Virus record (IMG/VR): IMGVR_UViG_3300028840_008185
Location: 1-64,000 of that record
Reading direction: 5' to 3' (one strand)
Length of the DNA stretch: 64,000 nt
In this document: positions 10,268 through 22,801 of the stretch, piece by piece
Position numbering within the stretch: position 1 is the first letter of the stretch
Layout: each line of letters starts with the position of its first letter
Translations under genes and position numbers: made by a program
Notes under the pieces: generated by a model
What the model saw: the letters and a program-made list of their open reading frames with translations, nothing else
What the model was told of the DNA's origin: nothing
The model's database searches: none

Positions 10268-11478
10268 TGCGTTCATAATATTTCTACCAACCTCTTAGCT
10301 TCTTTCTCAAATATCTCTATGGTCGCTTTGCGACCGCCAGCTTCTTTTTTCAGGAACTCATGAAATTCTTGCTTCTTCTCTTCTGTGTCGAAATGTTTCC
10401 CGTTCGTCTCGTCAAGATTTCCAGAATCAAATCTCTCAAGAGCCTCTTCGAATATGGGATTTGGTCGTATCAGTTCGGATTTATCCTGTATGTAGTGTAG
10501 ATCTTCAAACTTACAATATCCCACACTGTCCCAGCCCATCTTCTTCACCTTGAGTTTCTTACACAGCTCTTTCGCTATAGCATAAGCAAAGGCACTCCCA
10601 GTCTGATCCCAACTAGCATAATCGAAACCCATCACATTTTTCTTAAACTCAACATACAACCCACGCTCTATATCATCTTCTCTCATCGGACACTTGGGCA
10701 CGGGCAAATCGGGAAACCTATCTGCCGGGCAGATTTTCTCAAACCATTCCTTTACTTTCTTAATCTCCCCCTTCTCAAACATTATTAATAAGGTTCCGCT
10801 CATTCTCTCTCCTTTGTCAATAGGGCTCTGTCTCCAAATCCCTACTAATCATTTGGGCAGTAGCTTCAAACATCTGTGGCATCTTTAGCTTCATAATTCT
10901 GTTTGATATAGTTGGTAGAAGATCGTAATGTGGCTCTGACATATGTTCATGGACCTCATAATAATGGTCTAGTGTTCGAATATGATCAACTTCTTTAAGC
11001 TCCAGGTGCTTAGCCACATCAAATAAAGTTTGCTCGCTAACGGCTCTAAGCACATGATTGACAAATCTTTCTTTTGTGATCCATGTAACCATATTAAATA
11101 AAGCTTCCATGAATTCAGCGGACAACTCTACCTCAAAATCTATCTCCCCTGACTCAACCATATCCCAGAGCTTATCTGAAAAGTAGGAATCCACAAGAGA
11201 CTTGGCGTCCCAAAACTTTTTTCTGTATTTCCTCTCGTAAAGATCCCTAGCTGAATAAGTCTCGTCCGCTATATTAATGTCTTTAAGTGCAAGCAATTCT
11301 ACTAAAGTTCTGTGATCATATTCCAAATCTACCACTTCATCAATTCTGAAACTAACATCGTCGCACCAGTTTTCAAAATATTTGTCATAGAAGGGCACAT
11401 CGGCCAAAACACAAACCCGATCTCCATACCTTTCCACAAGATCACTAAATCTAACTACCATTTCTTTCTCCTTTCATG

Positions 11479-11561
11479 CGGAGGATAGACGAATCAAACG
11501 CCCAGCCTCAAAGACCGCCCGAGGGTTCGAGCCTCGTTGGGGATCATCCCCAGTATCCTCC
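11479..11561 (-). tRNA. tRNA-Ser (CGA)
   Basis: GGAGGAT/ATCCTCC-G; CGAGG-CTCGAAC-CCTCG; long V arm; D loop lacks GG. Confidence 0.8.
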
Positions 11562-11987
11562 ATTCTCACTTATCGCTCTGCTCCGGGATCATCTTCCAGA
11601 TCGCCCACCTTAGCTACGTCTCCCATATAATTCTCATATAGACGCCTAAAGTCTTCTCTAAGAGCCCTAATATCTTCGTCATATATGCCGGCTTTGAACT
11701 TCTTGATAATAGCTTGAAGTCGATTACCGGTGTTGCGCCAAGCTCGTTTTTCAGCCTTTTTCCACTTTGTAAGAGGCTTACGTTTACTCATCATCTTCAT
11801 CCCATTCTTCATGAGACAATCCTGCATCAAGAGCTTCCAATCTCTTGTTCATGTCGCGAAACCACTCCCTACTTTTTTCTTGACAAGTCTTCTCAATAAG
11901 CTCAATTCTCCCTATGACCTCATAGCATATTCTCTTAAGCTCCTTGAGTTCTTCAAATTCCACTCTATATGGCATTCTTCCTCCTTA

Positions 11988-12075
11988 TGGCGGAGGGCAC
12001 TGGAATCGAACCAGATGCCTCTCGACACGCACTCGTTAGCAGCGAGGCTAGGGAACACATCCCTATTTACCCTCC
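11988..12075 (-). tRNA. tRNA-Ser (GCT), CCA encoded
   Basis: loop CTGCTAA; long V arm; ends GCCA. Confidence 0.88.
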
Positions 12076-12927
12076 ATTATTCAAACAACCCATAACCAGG
12101 GGTATTCAAATGTCTTCTTTTCTTATCATAGCCGTAAAAGTTGATTGTCGGCATGGGGTTATTAACCACTTTAAGCTCTAGCTCCGGATCTATGATATTG
12201 AGCAGAGCCACCCAAATCAATACAAGATCGTGTGGTATGGGGAGCAACACGTAATCTTCGGAGCCTTTTGCATCGAGAGGATCCTTTTCAATCTCGGACA
12301 AATCCACACCAAGAGCAGTCAATCTCTCCATCCACTTCTTATCTAGTGTGTCTTGCTCATAGTGCTGACACATCTCGCCTATATCAAAACCTAATTCCTT
12401 CTTTGCTTTAAAGTGGGCTTCCCTTACGGCATCTACATCCTTCTTTCCTTCAATCACAAACCATTCACACTTACCGTGCCCATCATTAGACCAATCGCCA
12501 ATAGGAAATCTGTATCTATGCATCCTTGCTCCCTTTTTCTAACTTTTTAACCAATTCAGGATACTTATCCGAAGTTAAATCAAACGGCGAAATATACCAA
12601 AATCCTATTTGGTAGTCGGCATATCCTACCAGCTTCTTTTGCCTATAGATTTTTACATAGGCGTCGTCATTGGTGCGATACTCTATGTAATAGCACAAAG
12701 CGTTCTTAATTCTATATTTCTTGTCGTATGGGATAAAAATATCGGGCGAGGTCGTCATCATAGCATCCTCGAACTCTATGTATGGCCCTCTGTCTCCCAG
12801 AACCACCCTTATATAGCCCTCAGCGACCCTGAGACCGGCTTTTGTGGAGAATACTATGTCCTCTTCGCAAAACTCGGGCAGAATCAGGCGTTCTCTGTAT
12901 CCCTGTCTTATCTCTTCGCTAGTCTTT

Positions 12928-13428
12928 TTAACCATTTGGCCTCTTTTTTAGGAACCAAGCTCTTCCACCGGCAGGGCGATATATACGACTTGATCTAAGG
13001 TGCTTAACAAACTCTTTCCGGCTTACCCAGCCAACCGCCCCAACGCCCTCTCTCCTATAGCCATTAACAGTTTTAAAGCACTTTCCAGATTCACTCTTGC
13101 CTATCACCAGAAAAAAGTGGCCCTTCCACCCATCTATTAGATCAAAACGCCTAAGATTCACTACCGCAGCTCCGCCCGTCTCAAGATGTTTGTCCAACTC
13201 CCCAATATTAAAGTTTCTTCTATACCTTATTACCAAATGTTTTCTGTATGTGAAGAAGGCTCTTGAAAAATCATTAACATTAACGCCGCCTTCCCAGCCA
13301 TCATAGAAACACTTTTCTTTATACTCTTTCACATCTTTATAGGTCTTCTTAAGACCCGCCCATTTCAAAGCATTAAGTATAGCTACAGGGCCACAGGAAT
13401 ATCCTTCCAACTGTTTACAATATCTCAC
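12928..13428 (-). CDS. C39-like cysteine peptidase
   Basis: Q....SCGP.A..N and GHFFLV catalytic segments. Confidence 0.7.
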   Translation of the reverse strand: MRYCKQLEGYSCGPVAILNALKWAGLKKTYKDVKEYKEKCFYDGWEGGVNVNDFSRAFFTYRKHLVIRYRRNFNIGELDKHLETGGAAVVNLRRFDLIDGWKGHFFLVIGKSESGKCFKTVNGYRREGVGAVGWVSRKEFVKHLRSSRIYRPAGGRAWFLKKRPNG

Positions 13429-13442
13429 TTTGTCCTTTCAAG

Positions 13443-13524
13443 CGGAGAGCAGAGCATTCGAAGCCCACGCATTACACGCACATCGGTTTCCAGCCGAGCC
13501 AGGAACCTTTCCTGTTTACTCTCC
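13443..13524 (-). tRNA. tRNA-Ser (GGA)
   Basis: TCGG-CTGGAAA-CCGA; long V arm. Confidence 0.85.
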
Positions 13525-14372
13525 CTAGTTAATAAACACTGAACTTAATTTCAACAGATCATCTATATGCTTATCGTAGCCATTTTTCTTGAGCCACTCT
13601 ACCCATTTCATACTTGGCTTACAGAGTGTATATTTGCTGCCCGAGCGTGTTCTGGCCCTGCCTTCCTCGATGTTGAAATATACAACCATGGAAGTCACAA
13701 TCTTCTCCCCGTCCTCAAATCTGGGATGCTCATATACTCTTCCGCTTAGATGAACTATTTGGATCTCTGGTGCTAGAAACGGACTGTCGATAATAAACAT
13801 CTCCCAATCTTCAAGCTTAGGCATTTCAGCTCCTTATCGTTCGTTAATAGCCTTGCGTCCCCAGAAATGAGCGTGCCACCACGGCTCACGCCGCTTAAAC
13901 TCTTGTAGAGTGTAGACACCGCCAAATGAAAACCTTCCTCTTAAATAGGGCGATGCTATGTCTTTTGCCTCTTTCACAGACGAAGCCTTTACCTTGATGG
14001 GTTCATCATCGAGTCTGTTAGTATTGTTCCTGAGCCACACGATATAGTATCTCACTTATCTTCTCCTAGCACAAGCAGTCACCACGCATTTGGCTTCTGT
14101 ATCACATTTGAGGTTGCAGTCATCTATCGCCTTCCGCTCCGCTTTCTTTCTGCTTGAGCTTTTTCCTGTTCCTTCGCAACTATACTTTGGCTTGTCTGGA
14201 TTCTTAGCCTCGGCTACACAAACCCAAACCCCAGGCGCTGAAGCTTTTGCGTCATCATGGCAAAATTCCAGGAAAGCAGCCCCCACGAAAAAGAAAAGCC
14301 CTACCAAACATGATAAAATAACCCATTTCCTATCCTTCTTTTTCTTTTTGCTCATGTCTTTCTCCTTTCATG

Positions 14373-14459
14373 CGGAGGCGGAGGGAGTCCAACCCCCACG
14401 AGTCATTATCTCCTAACAGTTTTCAAAACTGCGGCCACCGGCAATTGGCTTGCGCCTCC
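14373..14459 (-). tRNA. tRNA-Ser (TGA)
   Basis: CAGT-TTTGAAA-ACTG; long V arm. Confidence 0.85.
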
Positions 14460-14460
14460 A

Positions 14461-14510
14461 TGGAGCCGGCATGGCGGGGTTCCTCGCCCCGGAGGTTCCA
14501 GAGGCCGGCA
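14461..14510 (-). ncRNA. putative mini tRNA-like RNA ending in CCA
   Basis: GCCGGC/GCCGGC stem followed by TCCA, with two internal hairpins. Confidence 0.4.
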
Positions 14511-15401
14511 TAAAATCTAAGCTTGATAATCTATCACTTTCATCTCACCACACAAATAGCAGCCAATTATAGCCAAGCCACTGTGCGTCCCTTTCATTTC
14601 GCCCTTGAAATACCAGGGCGTATCTTTGGGAAGGTCAAACATGAAAGTATGCGTATGCTTACACTTGAAAGCATACCTGTGAATCATCTTGTTAAACCAC
14701 TTGATCCATTTGTGATTGTTTTTCGTGCTGGTTGGAAGTGTCTTAACCCAAAGTGTCCTGGTAAATTCTCTAAACCAATGCTCTTTAACTTCCCTATACA
14801 TATTTAGGTTAAGCATTTCTACTCCAGATCTCTAACCTTCCAGGCATGGCCTCTATAACGAACATAGCAATCATATGGCTTAATATACAGAACGCTGGTT
14901 ACTGAGATTATCCCCTTCTGGACATGGCCAGACAGGTATTGATTAACAGGAAAGGGACCAACTTCCCTCAGGTTGAATATATAACCACATTTTAGCTCTT
15001 TGGGGTCCTTTCCAACGGGAGCACCAGTTGTGTAACTTGACCACGCTACCACCTGTTTATTACTACAATCCTTGGGGTAGTTCTTAGCAAACCTTACCAT
15101 CTGTGCCCTATAAATGCCCGGCTCGATACAATCTGGGTTCTTTACGTCTTGCGTTCCAGCACACCCAATCATCAATAGAGCAGCCAAAATCAATAGAATC
15201 TTCTTCATATCCTTCTCCTAAACCAAATCGGCGTTCTCTTCACGCCAGTTTTCAAAATCTTCCTTGCCGCGCTGATTCCACCAATACATAAAAAGCACAG
15301 CGTCATCATCAGCGCCAAAAGCTAAAAGAATCTCATGCTCATGAACATCGCGCCTTATCTCATCGGGCATGCTCACATGCAACTCTGGGAGCTTCTTCTT
15401 G

Positions 15402-16196
15402 CTACTCATCTACGCCCCTTTCTGTGTGTCTCTCAAGTCCAACAACCTGCTTAATAGAATCTTTCCATTTGACTTTTGGATTATCTTTATATTTCTCGTA
15501 TAGTGCCTTAATGTTTTCATCATTCTGGTGCTCCACTAATTTTCCGCCCCAGTGGAGTTCTAAACCAGTAGCTCCATTTGCCGTCATCCTCTCTATCATG
15601 TTGTTGGCTTTTCCAAGCCAAATCGCATCTGTGAGATAGGGAGAAGTCGCCTCTACAACCCTGTCTATTTTACCATCCAACATTGGCTCAGCCGATACGC
15701 TTGTTTTAAATCCCAACTTGTAGGCCAAGATTAACGAGGCTAAACGCTCGTTGAATGGCGGGGCTCCTGGCTCAAAGAACTTCAAGATTTTGTCCGACGC
15801 CGATCCTATCGTGAATCTAAACAGAATCTTGTCTTTGAAATCCCCAAAAGCACGGCATATTTCACTGATGCACTCGATGTGTGGCTTTGATACTATTAGC
15901 ACATCATTCCCAGATTTTAACATCTTGTAGAGTACTTTAATCCAAACATCCATATTCTCAGGAGAAAGATCGTGGGATGTTGGGAACATAATAGTCCCAT
16001 CCCTTTTCTTATATCCCTTCTCTACGGCCTTCGTATTTACTTCTTCTTCTGCCCAGGTTTCCCTGGTTTTCTTTCCTGACTGTATTGACCTGGCCTTGGC
16101 ATAGCAATAGCGACAGTCGTGTTTGCATCCAAAAATGCAATTTACACTAGAGCTTGCCCATTCCCAAGTGCCTGTGGCATATTTTCTCTTACTCAT
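15402..16196 (-). CDS. radical SAM-type protein (DUF5131/SPL-like)
   Basis: GCKHDCRYCYA CxxxCxxC motif; SAEPML. Confidence 0.8.
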   Translation of the reverse strand: MSKRKYATGTWEWASSSVNCIFGCKHDCRYCYAKARSIQSGKKTRETWAEEEVNTKAVEKGYKKRDGTIMFPTSHDLSPENMDVWIKVLYKMLKSGNDVLIVSKPHIECISEICRAFGDFKDKILFRFTIGSASDKILKFFEPGAPPFNERLASLILAYKLGFKTSVSAEPMLDGKIDRVVEATSPYLTDAIWLGKANNMIERMTANGATGLELHWGGKLVEHQNDENIKALYEKYKDNPKVKWKDSIKQVVGLERHTERGVDE

Positions 16197-17057
16197 TATA
16201 TATCTTCACTTTCTGTTTTCCGGTTATTTTATAGGAGCCATCCAGCTTCCTGCCGCTCCATTTATCTTCTACTTCTTGAAGTGTGTCCATATATGCTTCA
16301 GCCAGTAGACTCTCCGCGTGCTCATGAATCCAAATTATTGGTTCTTGAAGCTTGGTGGCGTAGCCACCGTAGTTCCAGCTCCTATGGGTTAGGTATTCCC
16401 ACATATCGCCGCAGCCATCATTTTCCCCAACGAAGAAGCTATAGATTATGTTCATATAATCTTCAAAATCATATTCGGGCATAGTGAGTTTACTTCCACA
16501 CTCAGCACAGAATTTAGCCTCGTTTCCAAGGGCTTCCTTGCAGCAATCCCTCCAAGGATTCTTCACTCTATAATCTCTTTCTTCTAGTTCGCTCTGAACA
16601 AGCGCAGTGGCAAAATCTTTCATAGCCTCTTCAACCGAATTGAAGCCCCTACTATTGTAGGCAATTACAGAAGCGTTCTTATTAGATTCAACATAACCAG
16701 CTGTCATAATTAAAGTGTGAACTTTTGCAGTCTTCTCTTTCTTTGTTCCAACTTTCTTTTTCTTATTGGCCATTTTTCTCTTTCACTTTTATTATCTTGT
16801 AGTTTGGAAAACACATACACTTTATAATCCCATCAGTTTTGCTGATGTATTTGAAGTTTTCAGAGAACCTCATATTGCCCACACGAACATATTTAGCGTT
16901 TGGGCACGCCTTAAAACATGCTTCTTTTCCATTAACTATTCTATGAGACAGCCAAAATGCCCATACAAAAAGTCCAGCGATCATGAACAACATGCCGAAT
17001 ATAAATGCGTAGCGCAAAATCTTTTTGATCTTTTCCCACATTTCCTTCTCCCTTCCG

Positions 17058-17131
17058 TGGAGCCAGTGGGGCTCGAACCCACAACCTTCTGTCTGCCAGA
17101 CAGATGCTCTCCCAAATTGAGCTATGGCCCC
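17058..17131 (-). tRNA. tRNA-Ala (GGC)
   Basis: GGGGCCA acceptor with G3-U70; loop CTGGCAG. Confidence 0.95.
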
Positions 17132-18564
17132 TCGCATTCACCAATCTTTGTCTGTATTTTCTCTAACATTTCCAATGTATCCAGGAAGTTCTTACTATCC
17201 TCTTCGCTGTCTCGCTCCATCAAACTCACCCTTAGTTGATTTATTCTAATAGCAAGAGCCATCAAAATAATTTTAAGATCCCGTTCGCTTAGCTCTAAAT
17301 TTATCATTTATACTCACCAATTTTGTCTGTCTCTTGACCAAGTTCTTGGAGTTCTTCCATCAATTCCTTATACTCATTGAAATCTTCATCTCTTAAATCT
17401 GCGACTATTCTTCTAACGAAATATCTTGGGCACCTATATTGTAGCCAATCAGCAATTATTTCCAAGGCATCATCAAAATGATAATGTTCCAATACATCTT
17501 CCAAATAAATATTCACTTCCATTTTAATATCCTCTCCAACCCGTAATAAAAGCAATCGCCATATCCCAGCCTCTCTCAGTTGGCTCAAATCTGGCTATTG
17601 GAGATGGATGTTCCCCATCGCAAAAGTGCGGGTCAATTCTATTCATATTGGCCATATCTGTAAGACTCATATTCTCGAAGACTAATATCTTGTCGCCCTC
17701 GTAATTCGTGCAATCAGGATAGTTAATCCAAGCGAGAGCGTATTCTTCCATAATTTCTATCTTCTTAAACTTGAAGTTTCTTGGATTGGGGTTGGGAAGC
17801 TTCTCTTCTTTTGGTGCTGGTGGCTGCTGCTGATTAACCACGATTACTTTTTGTGGCTCATCGCAGGAGCAAGCACTTCTCTGCATCGCTGACTTAAGAC
17901 CCATTTATTTCCCCTTTTTAACAAACCTGTCTTGTTCTGTCCACTGGCTATAATACTTATCCAGTATTTCATTCATCTCTTCGACTATCTCCCTCATCTC
18001 TTCGGCATAGACGGGAATCTTCCAAGACTTATCGAACTTGGGATCGCCAGTATCTAATAATACCTTACCATTCTCTACAACCATATCTGCCGCCGGGCAG
18101 CCGTTGTTTTCTCCGTCATCTCCCAACTGAGTCCACATCCTATAGGCACCATTTATGCTTTTATATCTGCCAGCATATACTTCATGGCCGCCGAGTTCGT
18201 CCCATACGCCGAGGAACCCAGCAGCATGGTTTTCATCCTTTATCTTGCGTTTCCCACCCATCTTTATCTCCTTTAATCAACACAAAGAGGATTTTTACAC
18301 TGAGGGCACGGCTGCCCATCCCACTCCTCAAAGGTTCTAAACTTCATCTTCCAGACCCTCTTGGCCGCATTGAGGAGACTTTTTACTATGTATTGTCTGT
18401 GTGTCTGTGATGGAAAAGGGCCATCTTTGGGAAGCCACACAGCATCCAAATCTTCCGCAAGCAAGTGATCTTTCAACTCTTCAATAGAGGGGAAGGGCCA
18501 ATAACTTTCGCCCCAAAAATCATCCTGATTCCAATTACAATGATGACAGTGTAAAAAGGCCATC

Positions 18565-19725
18565 TTAAATCCTTTCCATGGTTGTGTTTCCATAATCGTC
18601 AATCATCAGCAACTCTGTATCGGGATCTTCGTCCCCCGGCTCTGTGAGCCAGCTTCCAAGATTATATACAGAGATATTATCACCTATTTTTGTAAGTCCA
18701 GACCTATGAGTATGGCCAAATACGAAAGTGAGTTTGTTTTTGTTTTCTTTGTCTGCTTTTAAAACATTAAAGAGCCATCCTTCAACCCTCTCCTGAGTTC
18801 TTTTGGGGTCTTCATGGCGGGCTTTAGAACTTACAACATGGGGTTTGCCCGATATTGTCTTTTTAATTCCCTTGTTTGCCGCCCACTTTACAAAAGCCCG
18901 TTCCCAAGAATCTGGGATGCCTTTGATGATTCCATCGGGCAGAACCTCATCTACACCTTTATCAAGTATTTGTCTTATCAAAGAGTCTTTTCCCTTTTTT
19001 GTGTCAGCATATAGAGCCTCAATGATTCCATTAGAGCCCATACCTTCACCAGTCTCTCCACAAAGCCAGTAGATAAACTCTATCAGAGCGACGTTCATCG
19101 TCGCGACTTTCCCTTCATCAAGTTCTTCTTCCAAAAAGATGCTAAGGATACGAGAGAATAAATTGTATAGCCCTCCAAATAAGTGTCCATGAGTGAAGTA
19201 AAAACTTTGATTGGGAATTCCAAGTCTGTAAGATGGATAGGCAATATCTACCATAACATTCCTACCAACTTCTTCGGTCAAACCATTCGTTAGGAAATGG
19301 GACATCTCTCCTATTCCAACTGTGGGGGTGTATATTCCGCCGCCCCAAGGCCTTCCTCCATCCAACAACGGCCTTATAATGTTCTTCTGCTCGCAGTGTA
19401 GCGACCATATATGATGGTCGTGATTTCCAGGAACATATGCGACCCAAGCGACACTTGGAAGATTCTTGAGCAAATAAGCAAGGTCCAGATATGCTTGGGC
19501 AAAATAGGCCAAGGATAGATCAAGAACATCGCCGCAAAGTATCAACTTGACAGAATCTCCATCGGCAAACTTCTCCACACGCGCTCTGAGCTTGGCCATT
19601 TTGGCATCGGCTTGAGCTTTTTCCTTTTCCATGTTTCCAGGTATGTTGGACAACAGCGAATAACTATCACTCTTATCGTCTGCGTCCTGGCCAAGATGAA
19701 GATCGGACATGGCTATACGTTTCAT
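18565..19725 (-). CDS. metallophosphoesterase (extended)
   Basis: SDLHLG, GD..D, GNHDH, THGH, GHTH; start after the tRNA-Pro. Confidence 0.85.
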   Translation of the reverse strand: MKRIAMSDLHLGQDADDKSDSYSLLSNIPGNMEKEKAQADAKMAKLRARVEKFADGDSVKLILCGDVLDLSLAYFAQAYLDLAYLLKNLPSVAWVAYVPGNHDHHIWSLHCEQKNIIRPLLDGGRPWGGGIYTPTVGIGEMSHFLTNGLTEEVGRNVMVDIAYPSYRLGIPNQSFYFTHGHLFGGLYNLFSRILSIFLEEELDEGKVATMNVALIEFIYWLCGETGEGMGSNGIIEALYADTKKGKDSLIRQILDKGVDEVLPDGIIKGIPDSWERAFVKWAANKGIKKTISGKPHVVSSKARHEDPKRTQERVEGWLFNVLKADKENKNKLTFVFGHTHRSGLTKIGDNISVYNLGSWLTEPGDEDPDTELLMIDDYGNTTMERI

Positions 19726-19743
19726 ACTTTCTCCTTTCTTTTG

Positions 19744-19817
19744 TCTGGAAGGTGGGATTTGAACCCACGCCCTTTCGGCACCCAGCCGAATGCGCTGCCA
19801 GACTGCGCTACTTCCAG
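19744..19817 (-). tRNA. tRNA-Pro (GGG)
   Basis: TTCGG-CTGGGTG-CCGAA. Confidence 0.88.
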
Positions 19818-19822
19818 TTAAG

Positions 19823-19894
19823 ATCCCCCGGCTGGGGTCGAACCAGCGTTTCAAGGTTCAAAGCCTCGTGCCCTAACCACTGGACTACGGGGGA
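19823..19894 (-). tRNA. tRNA-Gln (TTG)
   Basis: loop CTTTGAA; U1-A72. Confidence 0.88.
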
Positions 19895-21934
19895 TTATAT
19901 GTTATTTAACTCCCTTCAAAGAAAGTTTCTTTTCGTCATAATCGGCAACACCAAAATTGTCATGAGATCGTACATACTCCCAAGCTTCACATTTAATCTT
20001 TTTGCCCATCCTACGGACTTTCCTAACGGCAGCTTTGAGCGAACCCAGATGGTTGAAATAGTAGCTCAAATCTCTTGCGCCGAAACCAAACCCAGAACCA
20101 TCAGAACGACCAAGAATATTCTCTATTTCTTCTTGTGTTTTCCAAATATCTCCGCAACAGAAACTTACAACCAAATAATACTTATAGTTCATCTTTCTTC
20201 CTTTCTATCCGTAATTATTCACTCTCCGCTATTTCTATGATTTCCTCAACTTCAACCGCGAAATCCCCCAGGCCATTTTCCCTGAAGAACTTAGCGATAC
20301 TCTCAGCAGAGGCCCTGGAATATCTGTTTCTCAGGGTTTCCAGCTCCGACAACCCAGTATCTATTGCCTCTCTCACCGACCCAAGCAGATGCCTTACATG
20401 ATTAATATATGCTTCCTTGGAGTCTAAGTCAATAACTTCTTGCTCGCTTGGGGAATATTCGAACACACAGTTTGGGTAGTAATCATCAGCGTTGTCTGTG
20501 CCGAACTTCATCCACTCGTGATTATTATGAACACTTACAACAGTCCAGCCAACAAAGTAGTCGTGGGTGTTATAAGAGCCCAGCTGCTTAACATTTATAA
20601 TAGCGAGAGGAGTTGGAGAGAACTTCAAAGTGGTCAGCCTATCATCAATCACCTTTGCTAAACCACCAAAATGAGATCTGTAGCCGTCATCTTCATCTGT
20701 AAGCACTTCAAAAACAAGCGTCTTGCCGTTGTAGCCGAGCTTGAAGTATTGGGCATCAGCTCCATACAACTCATAGCTCAGGTTCAACAACCTATCGTCG
20801 GTTTCCTCGTTGTTGATGTGCTTCATCAGCAATTCCAAAACATCTGGCTCATCAAGCTGGACATTATTCCTTCTAACTCTTGGTCTTCTCATCCCGAATT
20901 TAGCCATTTCCTTCTCCTGTGTTATATGCTTCATAAAAAAGCGCATACCTCAAATTCATGTAAAGCATATGCTCATAAGTTTCGCCGTTTCGTGTGGCCA
21001 TCCTTCTTACAATATCTATGTGCTGATAGGTAGGCATTGCTAAATCCAAATCTTCTTTTATTCTTGGAAAGCGGCGCAATTTTATCATTCATACTCTCCA
21101 TGTATAGTGTCGTAAGCACACATGCGAAAGTCAGGATTAGCAAGGGGCATATAAAGGATGTGCGATGCGCTTGCAAAAATACCCCACAACCCCTTATTCG
21201 CATAATAAATACCCATTTTAGTATCGCCCACCTTTCTGATCTTTATCATCGATCCTCGATGGGGTGCATAGGAACGAGCCTTCCATCTTCATCGTAATCC
21301 TCAAGAAAAGTGTTCATGCTTATTAGCTTGGGGCGCTCATCAGTATTTAGCTCAATGACATACACTTTGTAATTCCAACTCAACCATCGTTTATAGGACT
21401 CAGGTGGTCGTTGCCACGGGGCCCCTGGCCTCATCTGTGCTTCATAGTCAGACCTATAAGCTTCGTATCGCTCCCTAAAACAATCAATTACATCTTGATG
21501 AGATGCAAAGGCACGAGCCGTCTTAATCTTCAGCGGAGATCTCATGCCGTCTTCGCCTAACAGATAAATTCTCATGGAAACTCCTATCTCCATACATACT
21601 TATTCTGCTTCAAATATCTTTTAAACAAACCAACCCTGGTGATTGTGGAAATAATTACCAGGGCAAAAAGTATTCTAAAATGTGGGAGTTTTACGAACTT
21701 TTTAACCCCATGTTCTCCAAATAAATAAACAATAATCAGCTTTGTCCATTTGCATTTTCTAACACTTATTTCCATATCAACTCATTCAAAAGGCTCTGGG
21801 TCCGCCACCTAAGCCTATTCGCCACTGTGATCTCTTTGAATAGCACAAGCTCAATACGCTCCAAAATGCTATGATGAACAACATTACGTAAAGTTTTTAT
21901 TATGTTTCTATCTCTCTTCATTCTTCCTCCAAAG

Positions 21935-22006
21935 CACCCCCACCAGGACTCCAACCCGGATTAATTGGTCCGTAGCCAATCGTGCTATGCATTACACTAT
22001 GGGGGC
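21935..22006 (-). tRNA. tRNA-Arg (ACG)
   Basis: ATTGG-CTACGGA-CCAAT. Confidence 0.85.
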
Positions 22007-22010
22007 TCTG

Positions 22011-22082
22011 TCCTCCGGGGTAGAGTCGAACTACCAATAAGCGCTTATAAGGCGCCCGTTATAACCGTTTAACTACCGGAGG
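22011..22082 (-). tRNA. tRNA-Ile (TAT)
   Basis: GCGC-CTTATAA-GCGC; A73. Confidence 0.88.
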
Positions 22083-22801
22083 AGAGGCGGGCGGGAAGAG
22101 GAGGCAGTAAGGAGGGCTCAAGGCCATTCTCATCCCTTACGGGCTCGTCTTCGCGATTGTAGGAACGCCCGCCATTTCTTTTTTAGATCTGAAATTAGTA
22201 TGGATGGAAGCATGGCTAAAGTAGCTAAGGTCAAAAACGCCATAATAACTGGCTGGCCAAATCTCTCGGGAATAAGATCCACGAGACGAAACAATAGCCT
22301 ACTTATAAACTTGGACAATCTGCTTATCATCACACACCAATATCATTGGATATACATTACCTCTATTCAATTATCAAAGATCTTTTATTTACCAACCACC
22401 CTTTTGTGGGTTGTCTTCAAAGTATTTATCAATTTGAGCTATAGCGTTTTTGATGGCCTTGGTCTCGCCGCTCTCTTCTTTTCTTTCCTTTTCCTCTTTC
22501 AAATAGTTGAAAATAGAGCGGAAGAAACTCTCCCACGTATCATTCATTTTTCCAGGAACCATAATAACTTTGTCTTCGCCCTCAATACCAAAGAGCGTTA
22601 TATATATGGAATTTCCCCTTCCAAGACCCATTTTAACACCAAGCGTAGTTACATCTCGCTCGTCAAGGTGCCAAGCGCTTAGAGGCAGCCGCTGGAGCTT
22701 CCCGAAAAGCTCAACCAAAAGGTCATTCTTGGGATCGTTCTCTTCTCCCCATCTTGCTCTAGCAGCCATTTCATTAATGTCTTCCATCTTTATCTTTCTC
22801 C

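Noticed and set aside
14461-14510. HDV-like ribozyme on the plus strand (GCCGGCAUG..UCCUCG..GCCGGC)
   Set aside because: It is antisense to local transcription, and P1.1, P4, J4/2 and P2 cannot be formed.
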